This document shows, piece after piece, positions 9,296 through 19,313 of a stretch of 64,000 bases of DNA (its first letter is position 1; the number at the start of each line of letters is the position of its first letter). Where the stretch lies: contig DAOUEZ010000012.1 of assembly GCA_034429995.1 (NCBI GenBank), positions 15,464-79,463 on the forward strand, in the 5' to 3' direction. Source of the DNA: Dehalococcoidia bacterium (GTDB taxonomy: Bacteria > Chloroflexota > Dehalococcoidia > SM23-28-2). The position numbers and the translations under genes are program-made. Below the pieces are notes generated by a model, which was not told the origin of the DNA, ran no database searches, and worked only from the letters and a program-made list of their open reading frames with translations.

Positions 9296-10261
9296 CTAGT
9301 TTTCCGAGTCCTCGCTGGCGAAGGAAACGGAGTGGTTCGGGGCGGGGCCTACGTCCGAGAGGGGCCAATAGGAGAACCAGGTCTTACCGATAATTTTCCC
9401 TTCGGGGATCATTCCCATTGTACTCACCCGCGAATCGCTGCTGTTGTTGCGGTTGTCGCCCAGGACGAAGTACTGGTCGTCGGGGATAACCCAGGAACAC
9501 TTGCCGCTGCATCTGGTTTGGCTGTCTATATACGGCTCGTCCAAGGGCTCACCATTGATGTAAACTACTCCATCGCGAATCTCCACCTTGTCTCCGGGCA
9601 CGCCGATGATCCGTTTGATGAAGTCGCGGTCTCGGCCTTTGGGCGACTCGAAGACCACCACATCACCTCGCTCGGGGCCGCCGAACAGATGGTGAGTGGA
9701 GTCGTCGCCGGCATCGAAGAAGGGGACAAAGTCGAAGAGTCCCAGGTCGAACTGGGCGTAGGCCAGCTTGTTGACAATGATGTACTGGTCATTCTCCAGG
9801 CTGGGGAGCATGCTGCTCCCTTCCACCTTGAAGTTCTGGGCAGTCGATTGGACGGCCAGGAAGACGAGCACGGCTAGAAGGAGCGTCTCGACGACCTCCC
9901 GATAGATGGTAAGGTAGCGGCGCTCGATGCGGCGGGGGAAGATCCCGAGTTGAATGACGCCAGCCAATATGGAGATGGCAGCAAGGGCTATCGGCCCGGC
10001 AAAGATCACGCGGTTCCATCCGGTACCGTGAGTGGCGATCCTGGCAAGCGCACCGACCGCGAACGCTGCGAAACCGACAATGAAGGAAGGAAGGGCGGCT
10101 GCCCAGCGGATTCCCCTGGCGGCAACCTCCTCTTCGGGCTTGCCCGCGGGCTCGTAGGGCGGCCCTGGCTCGATCCAGGGCTCGAGCCAGGGCTCGAATT
10201 CGGGGTCTACCGGTGGACGTGGCCACTGCATAACAACACCGAGGAGGGCTGGGACAATCAC
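9296..10261 (-). CDS. lepB: Signal peptidase I with Pro-rich N-terminal extension
   Basis: GSSMLPSL (box B Ser), KRIIGVPGD (box D Lys), VLGDNRNNSSDSR (box E). Confidence 0.8.
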   Translation of the reverse strand: MIVPALLGVVMQWPRPPVDPEFEPWLEPWIEPGPPYEPAGKPEEEVAARGIRWAAALPSFIVGFAAFAVGALARIATHGTGWNRVIFAGPIALAAISILAGVIQLGIFPRRIERRYLTIYREVVETLLLAVLVFLAVQSTAQNFKVEGSSMLPSLENDQYIIVNKLAYAQFDLGLFDFVPFFDAGDDSTHHLFGGPERGDVVVFESPKGRDRDFIKRIIGVPGDKVEIRDGVVYINGEPLDEPYIDSQTRCSGKCSWVIPDDQYFVLGDNRNNSSDSRVSTMGMIPEGKIIGKTWFSYWPLSDVGPAPNHSVSFASEDSEN

Positions 10262-10395
10262 TCTCCTCAGAATCCTAGTATACCAAATACAGATAACGCT
10301 GGCACACCCTCAAGAGTGTCGCCGCACCCTTTCGTCTCTCTGCTAGAATAGCCCTGGGCCTGCCCAGGGGAGCGAGGCCCTGACGGGGGAAGTCG

Positions 10396-10986
10396 ATGGT
10401 TATCGCCGACGAAGCACAGCTCGTCCGCAGCAGCCGGGAGGGGAATCTGGACGCCTTCAACACCCTGGTGCAGATCTACCAGCGCCAGGTCTATAACCTC
10501 TGTCTGCGGATGTTGGGCTCGGCGGCGGCCGAAGATGCGGCTCAGGAAGCGTTTATCGCTGCCTACCGTCGCCTTAGCAGCTTTCGGGGCGGCAGCTTTC
10601 GGGCCTGGCTCCTGCGCATCGCTGCCAATATCTGTTGCGATGAGCTGCGCCGCCGCCGCAGCCGGCCGGCAGCCTCACTGGAGGCGACGCTGGAAGCGGG
10701 CTCGCCGGCGGACGTCCCCTCCCGCCTGGCCGGGCCGGAGGAAGAGGCCCAGCGGCGTGAGCTGGGCCGGCACCTGCAACAAGGACTGGGCGCTCTGCCA
10801 GCGGAGCAGCGGCTAGCGATTATTCTCCGCGATATCCACGGCCTGAGCTACGAGGAACTGACGGAGGCCTTGGGCTGCTCCCTGGGGACAGTGAAGTCGC
10901 GAATTGCCCGTGGCCGGGCCAAGATGCGCGAATACTTGATGGCGCGACGGGAACTTCTGCCTCGTCAGTTCCGTCTTAAGAAGTGA
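10396..10986 (+). CDS. ECF-subfamily RNA polymerase sigma-70 factor
   Basis: Sigma-70 region 2 (YRRLSSFRGGSFRAWLLRIAAN) and region 4 HTH (LSYEELTEALGCSLGTVKSRIARGR). Confidence 0.8.
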   Translation: MVIADEAQLVRSSREGNLDAFNTLVQIYQRQVYNLCLRMLGSAAAEDAAQEAFIAAYRRLSSFRGGSFRAWLLRIAANICCDELRRRRSRPAASLEATLEAGSPADVPSRLAGPEEEAQRRELGRHLQQGLGALPAEQRLAIILRDIHGLSYEELTEALGCSLGTVKSRIARGRAKMREYLMARRELLPRQFRLKK

Positions 10987-10995
10987 GGACTAGTC

Positions 10996-11817
10996 ATGCT
11001 GGAAGCCTTGCAACAATTTCGCCATCGCCGTTTTCGCCGCGATCTCTCTGCCTATCTGGACAACATGCTTTCCGAGCGGGCGCGCCGTCGCCTGGAGGTC
11101 CATCTCGATTCTTGCCAAGCTTGTCGTCAGGAGCTGGCAGAGCTTCGGGCCACCATCGAGGTCCTGGGTAGCCTGCCCATGGCCGAGGCGCCCCGCTCGT
11201 TCGCTCTGGCGGCCGCTCCCGCGGCGGAGGTGCGGCCGCGGCCAACGGCCAGGCGGCTGGAGTTCGGCCTGCGTCTGGCCACGGCAACCGCCGCTTTCGC
11301 CCTGGCCCTGGTGGTGATCGGCGACTTCGCTGGCCTGCCTGGGGATGGGGAGGAAGAGGAGGAGGAAATGCCGGCGATGCTTGCCCCGGCGGCCGCCGAG
11401 ACGCAAGGAGCGATGGAAGCAGCGCCTGCGGAGACGCCAGAGCCCTCGGTTCCTGGTATCACAGAGGCTGGCCCTCCTCCAGAAGAGACGCCGGCGGCGA
11501 TGGAAGCGGTGCCTGTCGAGACACCAGAGCCTTTGGTTCCCGGTATCACAGACGTGGGACGACCGGCACCGGCGGTCGGCGCGGACGTCTCAGAGGCCGA
11601 GGGTGTGGAGAAGGAGGCGGTGGAGAGGGCAGCGGTCGAAGAGGAAGCTGAGGCTGGCGCGGCGGAGGCCCAAGCGGTGGCTGTGGAGGAGGGCGGCGGC
11701 CTCTCGCGGGAGGAGGCCGTGCGCTGGCTGGAGATCGGCCTGGGCGCTGGCGTAGGCATTCTTGTGGTTCTTTGGGCTTTTGCCCGCCTTCGGAGAAGCA
11801 TCGGAAATCGAGCGTAG
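10996..11817 (+). CDS. Zinc-finger anti-sigma factor with repetitive acidic/Pro-rich region and C-terminal TM helix
   Basis: HLDSCQACRQEL zf-HC2 motif immediately downstream of ECF sigma; internal approx 90-bp coding duplication (ETPEPxVPGIT). Confidence 0.55.
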   Translation: MLEALQQFRHRRFRRDLSAYLDNMLSERARRRLEVHLDSCQACRQELAELRATIEVLGSLPMAEAPRSFALAAAPAAEVRPRPTARRLEFGLRLATATAAFALALVVIGDFAGLPGDGEEEEEEMPAMLAPAAAETQGAMEAAPAETPEPSVPGITEAGPPPEETPAAMEAVPVETPEPLVPGITDVGRPAPAVGADVSEAEGVEKEAVERAAVEEEAEAGAAEAQAVAVEEGGGLSREEAVRWLEIGLGAGVGILVVLWAFARLRRSIGNRA

Positions 11818-11836
11818 CACAAAGGAGGCGATCTTC

Positions 11837-12643
11837 ATGAAGAAAGGGATAGGGGTTCTGCTGATAGCGGGCGCGCTGTTGGCTCTCATTCTGCTCGCTG
11901 CCTGCGATTCCGACTCATCGGCCTCGCCGGAGCAGTCGGGACCGTCGGCAGCCGAGCCGTCGTCGGGGACGCATGCGCCGGCGGCCGTTAGCTTGGCCAG
12001 CAACTCGGAGCCGCAGGGTCTGAGCGTCAGCGGCGAGGGGCGGGTTTCGGCCGCCCCCGACATGGCCGTGCTGGGCTTGGGCGTCTCGGCCAAGGCGTCT
12101 ACGGTCAAGGCGGCCAGCAGCCAGGTTCAGGAAGCCATGAGCGACCTGCTGGACTCCCTGGAGGACAACGGCATCCAGGAGAAGGACATCCAGACGCGCA
12201 GCTTCAGCATCTACCCGGAGTACGACTACCGCAACAACGAGCAGATCCTGACCGGCTATCGGGTTACCCACATGCTCCAGGTGAAGGTGCGGGACATCGA
12301 CAAGGCGGGCGAAGTCATCGACGACGCCGTGGAGGCGGGCGGCGACCTGCTCCAGGTGCAAAGCATCTCCTTCACCATCGACGACACCACAGCCCTGCGC
12401 AGTGAGGCGCGCGAGGAGGCGGTGGCCGACGCCCAGGCCAAGGCCGATGAGTTGGCCACCCTGGCCGGGGTGACCCTGGGCAAGCCCACCTACATCACCG
12501 AATCCATCTCCATGCCCTACCCTCAGCCTTACTACGGCCGCGTTGCCGGCATCACCATGGAGGAGGCAGCGCCAGCTACCGAGATCAGCGCCGGCGAGCT
12601 GGAGGTGGTGGTCAACGTGTACATCACCTACGCTATCGAGTAG
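11837..12643 (+). CDS. SIMPL (DUF541) domain lipoprotein
   Basis: Signal peptide with lipobox LLAAC; SIMPL-like core GYRVTHMLQVKVRD...; AGGAGG RBS. Confidence 0.65.
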   Translation: MKKGIGVLLIAGALLALILLAACDSDSSASPEQSGPSAAEPSSGTHAPAAVSLASNSEPQGLSVSGEGRVSAAPDMAVLGLGVSAKASTVKAASSQVQEAMSDLLDSLEDNGIQEKDIQTRSFSIYPEYDYRNNEQILTGYRVTHMLQVKVRDIDKAGEVIDDAVEAGGDLLQVQSISFTIDDTTALRSEAREEAVADAQAKADELATLAGVTLGKPTYITESISMPYPQPYYGRVAGITMEEAAPATEISAGELEVVVNVYITYAIE

Positions 12644-12766
12644 GCACCTAATCTCTCGATAAGACCTGGCATTGGAGGGCTCGAGGGGGATCATCCCTTG
12701 AGCCCTCGTTTGCCGCTCAGTGTAGTGTTTCACGTTAAGTGAGAGACGAAGGGCCAGACGGCCTCT

Positions 12767-12837
12767 GGCCGCTCATCCTGAGCCTGTCGAAGGGTGAGCG
12801 GGGGCTCATGGTTCGACAAGCTCACCATGAGCGGCCC
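12767..12837. repeat. REP-like palindromic element (SLSKGE-type repeat family)
   Basis: gagcctgtcgaagggtgagcgg core plus gctcatggt/accatgagc inverted repeat; same core recurs in opposite orientation at 35307-35438. Confidence 0.6.
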
Positions 12838-12998
12838 AAAAAGGGAGGCTGCAAGGAATCGAGCGCAGCCATTAGGACTGACATCTGGAAAGTTGCGACC
12901 CGTGATTCATCACGTGTCCTGAAACACCACATCGGTTGCCGCTGAGGCTTAGCGAATGCTAGAATGACGCCACCGAGGGCAAAGGTGGCGAGCTAGCG

Positions 12999-13577
12999 GT
13001 GATTCTTAGCGATCGCTCCATCCGTGAGGAGATAAGGCAGGGGCGTCTGGTGGTCGATCCCCTCGGCCCCAATGCGATCCAACCCTCTAGCGTGGATCTT
13101 CGGCTTGGCAAGAAGTGCAGGATCTTCAAGGCCAGGACCAGAATCGCGTTCATAGACCCGCGGCTCAAGGCGGATGACCTGACAGAGCTCGTCGAGATCG
13201 ATGAACTCCAGCCTCTCGTTATCCATCCTGGCGAATTCTTGTTGGCGACAACGCTGGAGAGGGTGTGTGTCCCTGCGGACTTGGTGGGAAGACTCGACGG
13301 CAAGAGCTCGCTGGGGCGCCTGGGCCTGCTAATACACTCTACTGCGGGCTACGTGGATCCGGGGTGGCAAGGGCATCTGACTCTTGAGCTAAGCAATGTC
13401 TCAAACCTGCCGATAATGCTGTATTACGGTATGCCCGTGTCGCAGATATCCTTTGTGCGCCTCACCGAGCCGGCTGAGCATCCGTATGGCTCGAAAGGCA
13501 TTGGCAGCAAGTATCAAGGCCAGGACGAGCCAATGCCTAGCCGATACTATGAGAACTTCCCGCAACGTAAGCGTTGA
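12999..13577 (+). CDS. dcd: dCTP deaminase
   Basis: MILSDRSIRE...VDLRLG...GWQGHLTLELSN dCTP deaminase/dUTPase fold motifs; GTG start. Confidence 0.85.
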   Translation: MILSDRSIREEIRQGRLVVDPLGPNAIQPSSVDLRLGKKCRIFKARTRIAFIDPRLKADDLTELVEIDELQPLVIHPGEFLLATTLERVCVPADLVGRLDGKSSLGRLGLLIHSTAGYVDPGWQGHLTLELSNVSNLPIMLYYGMPVSQISFVRLTEPAEHPYGSKGIGSKYQGQDEPMPSRYYENFPQRKR

Positions 13578-13590
13578 TTGAGGCATCCCC

Positions 13591-14685
13591 ATGGACTACA
13601 TGCGGCGGGCCCTGGCCCTGGCTGGCCAGGCTCTTGGACGAGTCAGCCCCAATCCGGCGGTGGGCGCCGTCCTGGTGCGCGATGGGCGGGTGGTTGGCGA
13701 GGGCTTCACTCGGCCGCCGGGAGGGCCTCATGCCGAGGTCGTGGCCCTGGAGCGGGCGGGCGAGGCCGCTCGCGGCTCCACCCTCTACGTCAGCCTGGAG
13801 CCCTGCCGCCATCAGGGGCGGACGCCGCCCTGCACCGAGGCCATCATCGCTGCCGGCGTGGCCGAGGTGCATATGGCGATCCTTGACCCTGACCCCAACG
13901 TGAGCGGTCGCGGCCGCAATGAGCTGGCGGCGGCGGGCATCGCCGTGCAGTTGGGCGAATGCGAGGAGGAGGCGCGGCGCCTCAACGAGGCCTACATCAA
14001 GCATCGGACCACTGGCCTCCCTTTCGTGATCGCCAAGTTCGCCGCCAGCCTGGACGGCCGTATCGCTGCCGCCAGCGGCGATTCCCGCTGGATCAGCGGG
14101 CCCCAGAGCCTCCAGTGGGCTCATGAGCAGCGAGCGACGGTGGATGCTATTATGGTGGGGGTGAACACCATCCTGGTGGACGACCCTCGGCTCACTGCTC
14201 GCCCCGGCGGTCAGGAGAGCGAACGTCAGCCCCTACGGGTGGTGATCGACAGCGGTGGCCGCACGCCAGCGAGCGCCAATGTGCTCCAGGGGCCAGGGCG
14301 GGCGCTCATCGCCACCAGCGACCGCTCCAACCCTTCTTGGCGACAGGCCCTGGAGGGGGCCGGGGCGGAGGTGCTGGTGCTCCCCGGGGATGGCGATTCT
14401 CTTGACCTGAGGCCGCTGCTGAAGGCGCTGGCCGAACGGGGAGTTCTCTCCCTGCTGGTGGAGGGAGGGGGCATCCTCCTGGGCTCCCTCTTCGACCAGG
14501 GGCTGGTGGACAAGGTGCAGGTGATCATGGCCCCCCTGATCATCGGTGCTGTCGAGGCACCGGCGGCGGTGGCTGGCCAGGGAGCCCATCGGCTGGCCCA
14601 GGCCTGGCGCCTGCGAGAGGTGGCAGTAGAACGACTGGGGGACGATATTCTTATCGCAGGGTATCCGACGAAGAGGGGTGAGTAG
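13591..14685 (+). CDS. ribD: Bifunctional riboflavin biosynthesis protein RibD (deaminase/reductase)
   Basis: CMP/dCMP deaminase zinc motif HAEVVAL...PCRHQGRTPPC and C-terminal RibD reductase domain. Confidence 0.85.
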   Translation: MDYMRRALALAGQALGRVSPNPAVGAVLVRDGRVVGEGFTRPPGGPHAEVVALERAGEAARGSTLYVSLEPCRHQGRTPPCTEAIIAAGVAEVHMAILDPDPNVSGRGRNELAAAGIAVQLGECEEEARRLNEAYIKHRTTGLPFVIAKFAASLDGRIAAASGDSRWISGPQSLQWAHEQRATVDAIMVGVNTILVDDPRLTARPGGQESERQPLRVVIDSGGRTPASANVLQGPGRALIATSDRSNPSWRQALEGAGAEVLVLPGDGDSLDLRPLLKALAERGVLSLLVEGGGILLGSLFDQGLVDKVQVIMAPLIIGAVEAPAAVAGQGAHRLAQAWRLREVAVERLGDDILIAGYPTKRGE

Positions 14686-15273
14686 ATGTTCACGGGAATC
14701 GTTGAGGAGGCAGGCGTCGTAAGGGAGGCGGAGCGGGGACGATTGGTCATCGCCTGCAAGAAGGTTCTGCGTGGGACGCACCTGGGCGACAGCATTGCCA
14801 TCAACGGGGTGGACCTGACGGTGGCTCACCTGGAAGAGGACTGCTTCACCTCCAACGTCATGCCGGAGACCTATCGCCGCAGCAACCTGGGCCAGTTGAA
14901 GCCGGGCGACCTGGTGAACCTGGAGCGGGCCCTTACCCTCAGCGACCGGCTGGGCGGCCATGTGGTGCGGGGGGTAGTGGAGGCCACCGGCACTCTCCTC
15001 TCCTTCACGCCCGAGGAGGACGCGGTCATAGCCCGCTACGCCGCATCGCCCGAGATCATGCGCTACGTCATTGTCAAGGGGCCCATCGCTGTGGACGGCG
15101 TCAGCCTTACGGTGGTAGACCGCGATGAAAGTTCGTTCGCTGTGTCCCTGGTGCTCTACACCCAGGATGTCACCAACCTCACTCGCAAGAAGCCAGGAGA
15201 TACGGTAAACTTAGAATCGGATATAATAGCTCGCTACGTGGATCAACTGCTCAAGGAGGCGGGCCCTGACTAG
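14686..15273 (+). CDS. ribE: Riboflavin synthase alpha subunit
   Basis: MFTGIVEE N-terminus and duplicated lumazine-binding halves. Confidence 0.85.
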   Translation: MFTGIVEEAGVVREAERGRLVIACKKVLRGTHLGDSIAINGVDLTVAHLEEDCFTSNVMPETYRRSNLGQLKPGDLVNLERALTLSDRLGGHVVRGVVEATGTLLSFTPEEDAVIARYAASPEIMRYVIVKGPIAVDGVSLTVVDRDESSFAVSLVLYTQDVTNLTRKKPGDTVNLESDIIARYVDQLLKEAGPD

Positions 15274-15322
15274 CGAATACGTAGTGAGCAGGGACCCGAC
15301 CGGGGGAGCGAGGGATAGAGCC

Positions 15323-16531
15323 ATGGTAATGGCAACCGTTGAAGAGGCAATCCAGGAGTATCGTCAGGGGCGCTTCGTCATCATTGTCGATGATGAGGAC
15401 AGGGAGAACGAAGGGGATCTTACCATTCCCGCCCAGTTTGTAACGCCCGAGGCCATCAACTTCATGACCAGATACGGCCGTGGCCTCGTGTGCGTCCCCA
15501 TGACGGGCGAGCGACTGGATGAGTTGCGTGTCCCGATGATGGTGGGGGACAACAAGTCGCGCTTTGGCACCGGCTTCACCGTTTCTGTGGAGGCGCGTGA
15601 CGGCGTCAGCACGGGCATCTCAGCCCACGATCGGGCCCAGACGGTGCACGTTCTCATCGACCCGGCCACCAGACCGGAAGACCTGGTGATGCCGGGCCAT
15701 ATGTTCCCTCTGCGGGCCCGTGAAGGGGGCGTGCTGGTGCGAGCAGGCCAGACGGAGGCCGCCGTCGACCTGGCCCGCCTGGCTGGCCTTTATTCGGCGG
15801 CGGTTCTGTGCGAGATCATGAAGTCCGACGGCACTATGGCTCGTCTGCCCGACCTCAAGCGGTTCGCTGCCCGCCACCGTCTAAAAATTATCAGCGTCAA
15901 CCAGCTTATCGCCTACCGCATCCAACGGGAGAGGCTGGTGCGCCGAGTGGCCGAGACTACGATACCTACCCGCTGGGGTGTGGTTCACCTCATCGCCTAC
16001 CGCAGCATCATAGACCCCGACGAGCACGCCGCCCTGGTGATGGGCGATGTTTCCACGCCGGAGCCGGTGCTGGTGCGCGTGCACAGCCAATGTGTCACCG
16101 GCGACGTTTTCCACAGCCTGCGCTGCGACTGCGGCGAGCAGGTGGAGCTAGCCATGGAACGCATCGCCGAGGAGGGAAGAGGGGTCTTCGTCTACATGCG
16201 CCAGGAAGGGCGGGGCATCGGCTTCTGCAACAAGATCCGTGCTTACGCTCTCCAAGACAGCGAGGGTCTGGACACGGTGGAGGCCAACGAGGCCCTGGGC
16301 TTTCCCGCCGACCGTCGCGACTACGGCATCGGCATGCAGATCCTGGTGGACCTGGGGCTGAAGCAGATCCGGCTGCTCACCAATAACCCCTCGAAGCGGG
16401 TGGGCCTGGAGGGCTACGGCCTGGAGGTGGTAGAGCGAATTCCCATTATTATCCGGCCGAACCCTCACAATATGCGCTACCTGGAGACCAAGCGCGATAA
16501 GTTGGGCCACTTGCTGGACATCATGTCCTGA
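15323..16531 (+). CDS. ribBA: Bifunctional 3,4-dihydroxy-2-butanone-4-phosphate synthase / GTP cyclohydrolase II
   Basis: DHBP synthase RENEGDL motif and GCH-II CDCG zinc motif; start set to ATG 15323 after GAGGGA. Confidence 0.85.
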   Translation: MVMATVEEAIQEYRQGRFVIIVDDEDRENEGDLTIPAQFVTPEAINFMTRYGRGLVCVPMTGERLDELRVPMMVGDNKSRFGTGFTVSVEARDGVSTGISAHDRAQTVHVLIDPATRPEDLVMPGHMFPLRAREGGVLVRAGQTEAAVDLARLAGLYSAAVLCEIMKSDGTMARLPDLKRFAARHRLKIISVNQLIAYRIQRERLVRRVAETTIPTRWGVVHLIAYRSIIDPDEHAALVMGDVSTPEPVLVRVHSQCVTGDVFHSLRCDCGEQVELAMERIAEEGRGVFVYMRQEGRGIGFCNKIRAYALQDSEGLDTVEANEALGFPADRRDYGIGMQILVDLGLKQIRLLTNNPSKRVGLEGYGLEVVERIPIIIRPNPHNMRYLETKRDKLGHLLDIMS

Positions 16532-16541
16532 CAGGAGGTAT

Positions 16542-17021
16542 TTGTTGGCTGGCACGACCTTCGAAGGACGTCTCGGAGGCAAAGGCTTGAGCATAGCTAT
16601 CGTCGTCTCGCGGTTCAACGATCTGATAACCCGCCAGTTGCTGGCGGGCGCGCAGGATGGCCTGAGGCGTCATGGCGTGGAGGCGGAGGGGGTGGATGTG
16701 GCCTGGGTGCCCGGTTCGTTCGAGATCCCCTTGGCCGCTCGCAAGCTAGCCGAGAGTGGGCGTTATCAGGCGGTGGTCTGCCTGGGGGCGGTCATCCGCG
16801 GCGAGACCCCTCACTTCGAGTATGTAGCAAGCCAGGTCAGCAGCGGCATCGCCCGGGCCGGCCTGGAGACGGGTGTGCCCCTTATCTTCGGCATCATCAC
16901 CGCCGACAGCCTGGAGGAAGCCCTGGAGCGAGCGGGCGGGAAGATGGGCAACAAAGGCTACGACGCCGCGGTGTCAGCCATCGAGATGGCCAACCTGATG
17001 CGAGGGATGGCTGGCGACTAG
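16542..17021 (+). CDS. ribH: 6,7-dimethyl-8-ribityllumazine synthase
   Basis: IAIVVSRFN and FEYV lumazine synthase motifs; TTG start after AGGAGG. Confidence 0.85.
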   Translation: MLAGTTFEGRLGGKGLSIAIVVSRFNDLITRQLLAGAQDGLRRHGVEAEGVDVAWVPGSFEIPLAARKLAESGRYQAVVCLGAVIRGETPHFEYVASQVSSGIARAGLETGVPLIFGIITADSLEEALERAGGKMGNKGYDAAVSAIEMANLMRGMAGD

Positions 17022-17184
17022 GCGCTGCCTCTGGGCTTCGACCGCAGCCGCCGCCGGCGGCTCCTTTGCCAGCCGTGACGTCAGATGAGGATCGGCAATC
17101 GCCTTGATGCTTGGCCTGGGCGTTGCCCTCCCTGGTATTGTTGCCTTTGTCTCGGAAAGGGTTCTGCGCTGGGTCTCTTAGCGT

Positions 17185-17454
17185 CTATTCGGTCACCCGG
17201 TAGACGGCGTCACCGCTGCGACAGCGCTCCTGCACCTTGATCCCCACCGAGTCCCCTGGACCGGCCTCCTGTACGTCCTGGTGCTCGATCTGCATCGAAT
17301 CCACCACCTGCTGGAGGTCGGTGGTGTGACCCTGGATGTGGATGGTATCGCCCACCTTGAGGCGGCCGCTGAGGTCAATACCCGCTACCCCTATGTGGGC
17401 GAAGTAGTCTCTTACGCGGCCGATCTCTTCTTCTTCAGCCATGGCAGCCTCCAT
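17185..17454 (-). CDS. Small EF-Tu domain 2-like beta-barrel protein
   Basis: 89-aa product (GRLKVGDTIHIQG...GDSVGIKVQ) resembles translation-factor domain II; start trimmed to ATG 17454 with GGAGG RBS. Confidence 0.4.
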   Translation of the reverse strand: MEAAMAEEEEIGRVRDYFAHIGVAGIDLSGRLKVGDTIHIQGHTTDLQQVVDSMQIEHQDVQEAGPGDSVGIKVQERCRSGDAVYRVTE

Positions 17455-17605
17455 TCCCCTGGCCAAACGCGCCTCTTTGAGAGGGAATTTACCACTGGTG
17501 GGCAAGGTTTTCAATAGCCTATGGGGCAAAGTATGGCATAGTTCATTGGGACTGTCAGATATGCCTTTAAGTGGGGAAAATACTGCAAAACATTGCTTAC
17601 GCTGG

Positions 17606-17636
17606 TTGACACTGAGGCTTGCCCATTATACGATTT
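17606..17636 (+). promoter_or_regulatory. Putative sigma70-type promoter (TTGACA -35, TATACG/TACGAT -10) upstream of HTH regulator gene
   Basis: Perfect TTGACA at 17606 followed 15-17 bp later by AT-rich -10-like hexamer in a low-GC intergenic region. Confidence 0.3.
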
Positions 17637-17688
17637 GCTATGCGCCTCAAAAGTCTTTGAAGATTTGAGAAGCTTTAGGGAGGTTTGA

Positions 17689-18369
17689 ATGCGAGCTCGG
17701 CCTCCTCTTGAGGTTACGGAAGGTCAGAGTCGCCCTAGCCGCTGGATCAGTCTGAGCCGGGCCTGCAATCTCTTGGGGGTGAACGAATCGACCTTGCGGC
17801 GCTGGGCTGATGCCGGCTATGTTCGCTCCTTCCGCACCCCTGGTGGTCATCGCCGTTTTGCCGAGGATGACCTACGAGCGCTCATGGCTGGCCAAGAGCG
17901 GCCGGGCCCTGCTAGCTACGGCTCTCTGGGCCACCTGGCGCTGATGCGCATTCGCCGCCGCCTTCAGCGGGGCAAGAAGCACCAGGCCCACTGGTACGCG
18001 GGCGTGCCTGACGACGATCGGGAGCGGCTACGTTCTCTCGGCCAGCGCCTGGTGAATCTAGCCTCCGAGTACCTGAGCCGGGGAAGCCGCCGGTCTCGTC
18101 TCGTGGAGGAGGCCCGCCAGATCGGCCACCAATACGGAAGGGAGTTCGCCGATAAGAGGCTTCCCGTACGTGATGCCGTGGAGGCCTTCATCTTCTTCCG
18201 CAAGGGGCTGGATGACGCGGCCATAGAGCTAGCTCATCGGGGCAATCTATCGGCGGAGGAGGCGGTGGAGGTGTGGGAGCTCATGGCTGGCCTGGCCGAC
18301 CAAATCCTCCTGGCGATGGCCGATGCCTACGAAGAAGTGCGACCCCCGCAGGCTGCTCCGGCGGGCTAG
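17689..18369 (+). CDS. Helix-turn-helix (MerR/excisionase-like) DNA-binding domain protein with uncharacterized C-terminal domain
   Basis: N-terminal WISLSRACNLLGVNESTLRRWADAGYV HTH; GGAGG RBS. Confidence 0.5.
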   Translation: MRARPPLEVTEGQSRPSRWISLSRACNLLGVNESTLRRWADAGYVRSFRTPGGHRRFAEDDLRALMAGQERPGPASYGSLGHLALMRIRRRLQRGKKHQAHWYAGVPDDDRERLRSLGQRLVNLASEYLSRGSRRSRLVEEARQIGHQYGREFADKRLPVRDAVEAFIFFRKGLDDAAIELAHRGNLSAEEAVEVWELMAGLADQILLAMADAYEEVRPPQAAPAG

Positions 18370-18501
18370 CAGCCTTTCGCTTCCTAGAGGTGGTCGCGCT
18401 CTCTGGCTTCACCTTTTGCCGCTTCTGCCTATATACTATCGGCAGTAGTTGCCGGGGGGCGCCAGGCTGGGGAAGCCTCTCCCTAGCGGCTAGGTCGCAA
18501 G

Positions 18502-19209
18502 ATGCTCGATTCGATTCGCGCTGTTGCCTTCGACTGCTACGGCACCCTCGTCCGGTTCACCACTGCCGATCTCATCCGCACCATGGCTGAGATCGCCCGT
18601 GCCCAGGGCCTAGAGGCTGACCCTGAGGTTCTCTGGGACAAGTTCGTGGAGGCGGCCTTCGTCTTTCGGGGCGAGAACGTGGCCAGGCCTACCTATCGCC
18701 GCTACGATGAGGCCTGGGCTTTCCAGTTCGAGCGAGCAACACGGGACTTGGGCTTCGAGGGCGATGGCGCTCTGGCCGCCCTTCGCCTCAAAGAAAAGCT
18801 CTCCCAGGCCGAGGCCTATGCGGAGGTGGCCGAGGTGCTGGAAGCGCTGCGGGCCCGCTATCGGCTGGCCATCCTCTCCAACGCCGACGACGATTTCCTC
18901 CGCGCCTGCCTGGCCAGGAACGGCCTGGAGTTCGATGTCGTGGTCTCTTCGGAGGTGGCTGAGGCCCTTAAGCCGGACCCGGCCATCTTCGCTTATCTGG
19001 CTGAGGTATTGGACCTGGAGCGCCACCAGATCCTCTACGTTGGCGACAATCCCATGCCCGACATCGTGGGTGCCCGACAGGCGCAGGTTCCAGTGGCCTG
19101 GCTGAATCGCTCTGGCCGTCCCCTGCCTGAGGACATGGCCGAGCCTGACGTGGAGGTGGCTAGCCTGACGGAGCTGCTGACCATCCTCGTAGCCGGTGGG
19201 GGCGAGTGA
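18502..19209 (+). CDS. HAD-superfamily hydrolase (subfamily IA)
   Basis: Motif I AFDCYGTL, motif III/IV YVGDNPMPD. Confidence 0.75.
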   Translation: MLDSIRAVAFDCYGTLVRFTTADLIRTMAEIARAQGLEADPEVLWDKFVEAAFVFRGENVARPTYRRYDEAWAFQFERATRDLGFEGDGALAALRLKEKLSQAEAYAEVAEVLEALRARYRLAILSNADDDFLRACLARNGLEFDVVVSSEVAEALKPDPAIFAYLAEVLDLERHQILYVGDNPMPDIVGARQAQVPVAWLNRSGRPLPEDMAEPDVEVASLTELLTILVAGGGE

Positions 19210-19313
19210 AGGTGATCGTTGCCAGCCTCGTGATTCGTTCGGGGCTCGCCCTGCTGGCGGACCGCTGGTCGCTGCGGTGGCGGTGTTCGTGATCCCTGTG
19301 GAGGGGAATGTCT

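Noticed and set aside
11127-11822. 231-aa and 172-aa minus-strand ORFs overlapping the anti-sigma factor and lipoprotein genes
   Set aside because: Ala/Ser/Arg-rich low-complexity translations antisense to better-supported plus-strand genes. No RBS.
12650-12998. Possible FMN riboswitch upstream of the dcd-ribD-ribE-ribBA-ribH operon
   Set aside because: The conserved RFN core motifs are not recognisable by eye. The region instead contains a REP-like palindrome. An Rfam RF00050 scan of 12650-13000 and 13560-13600 would settle it.
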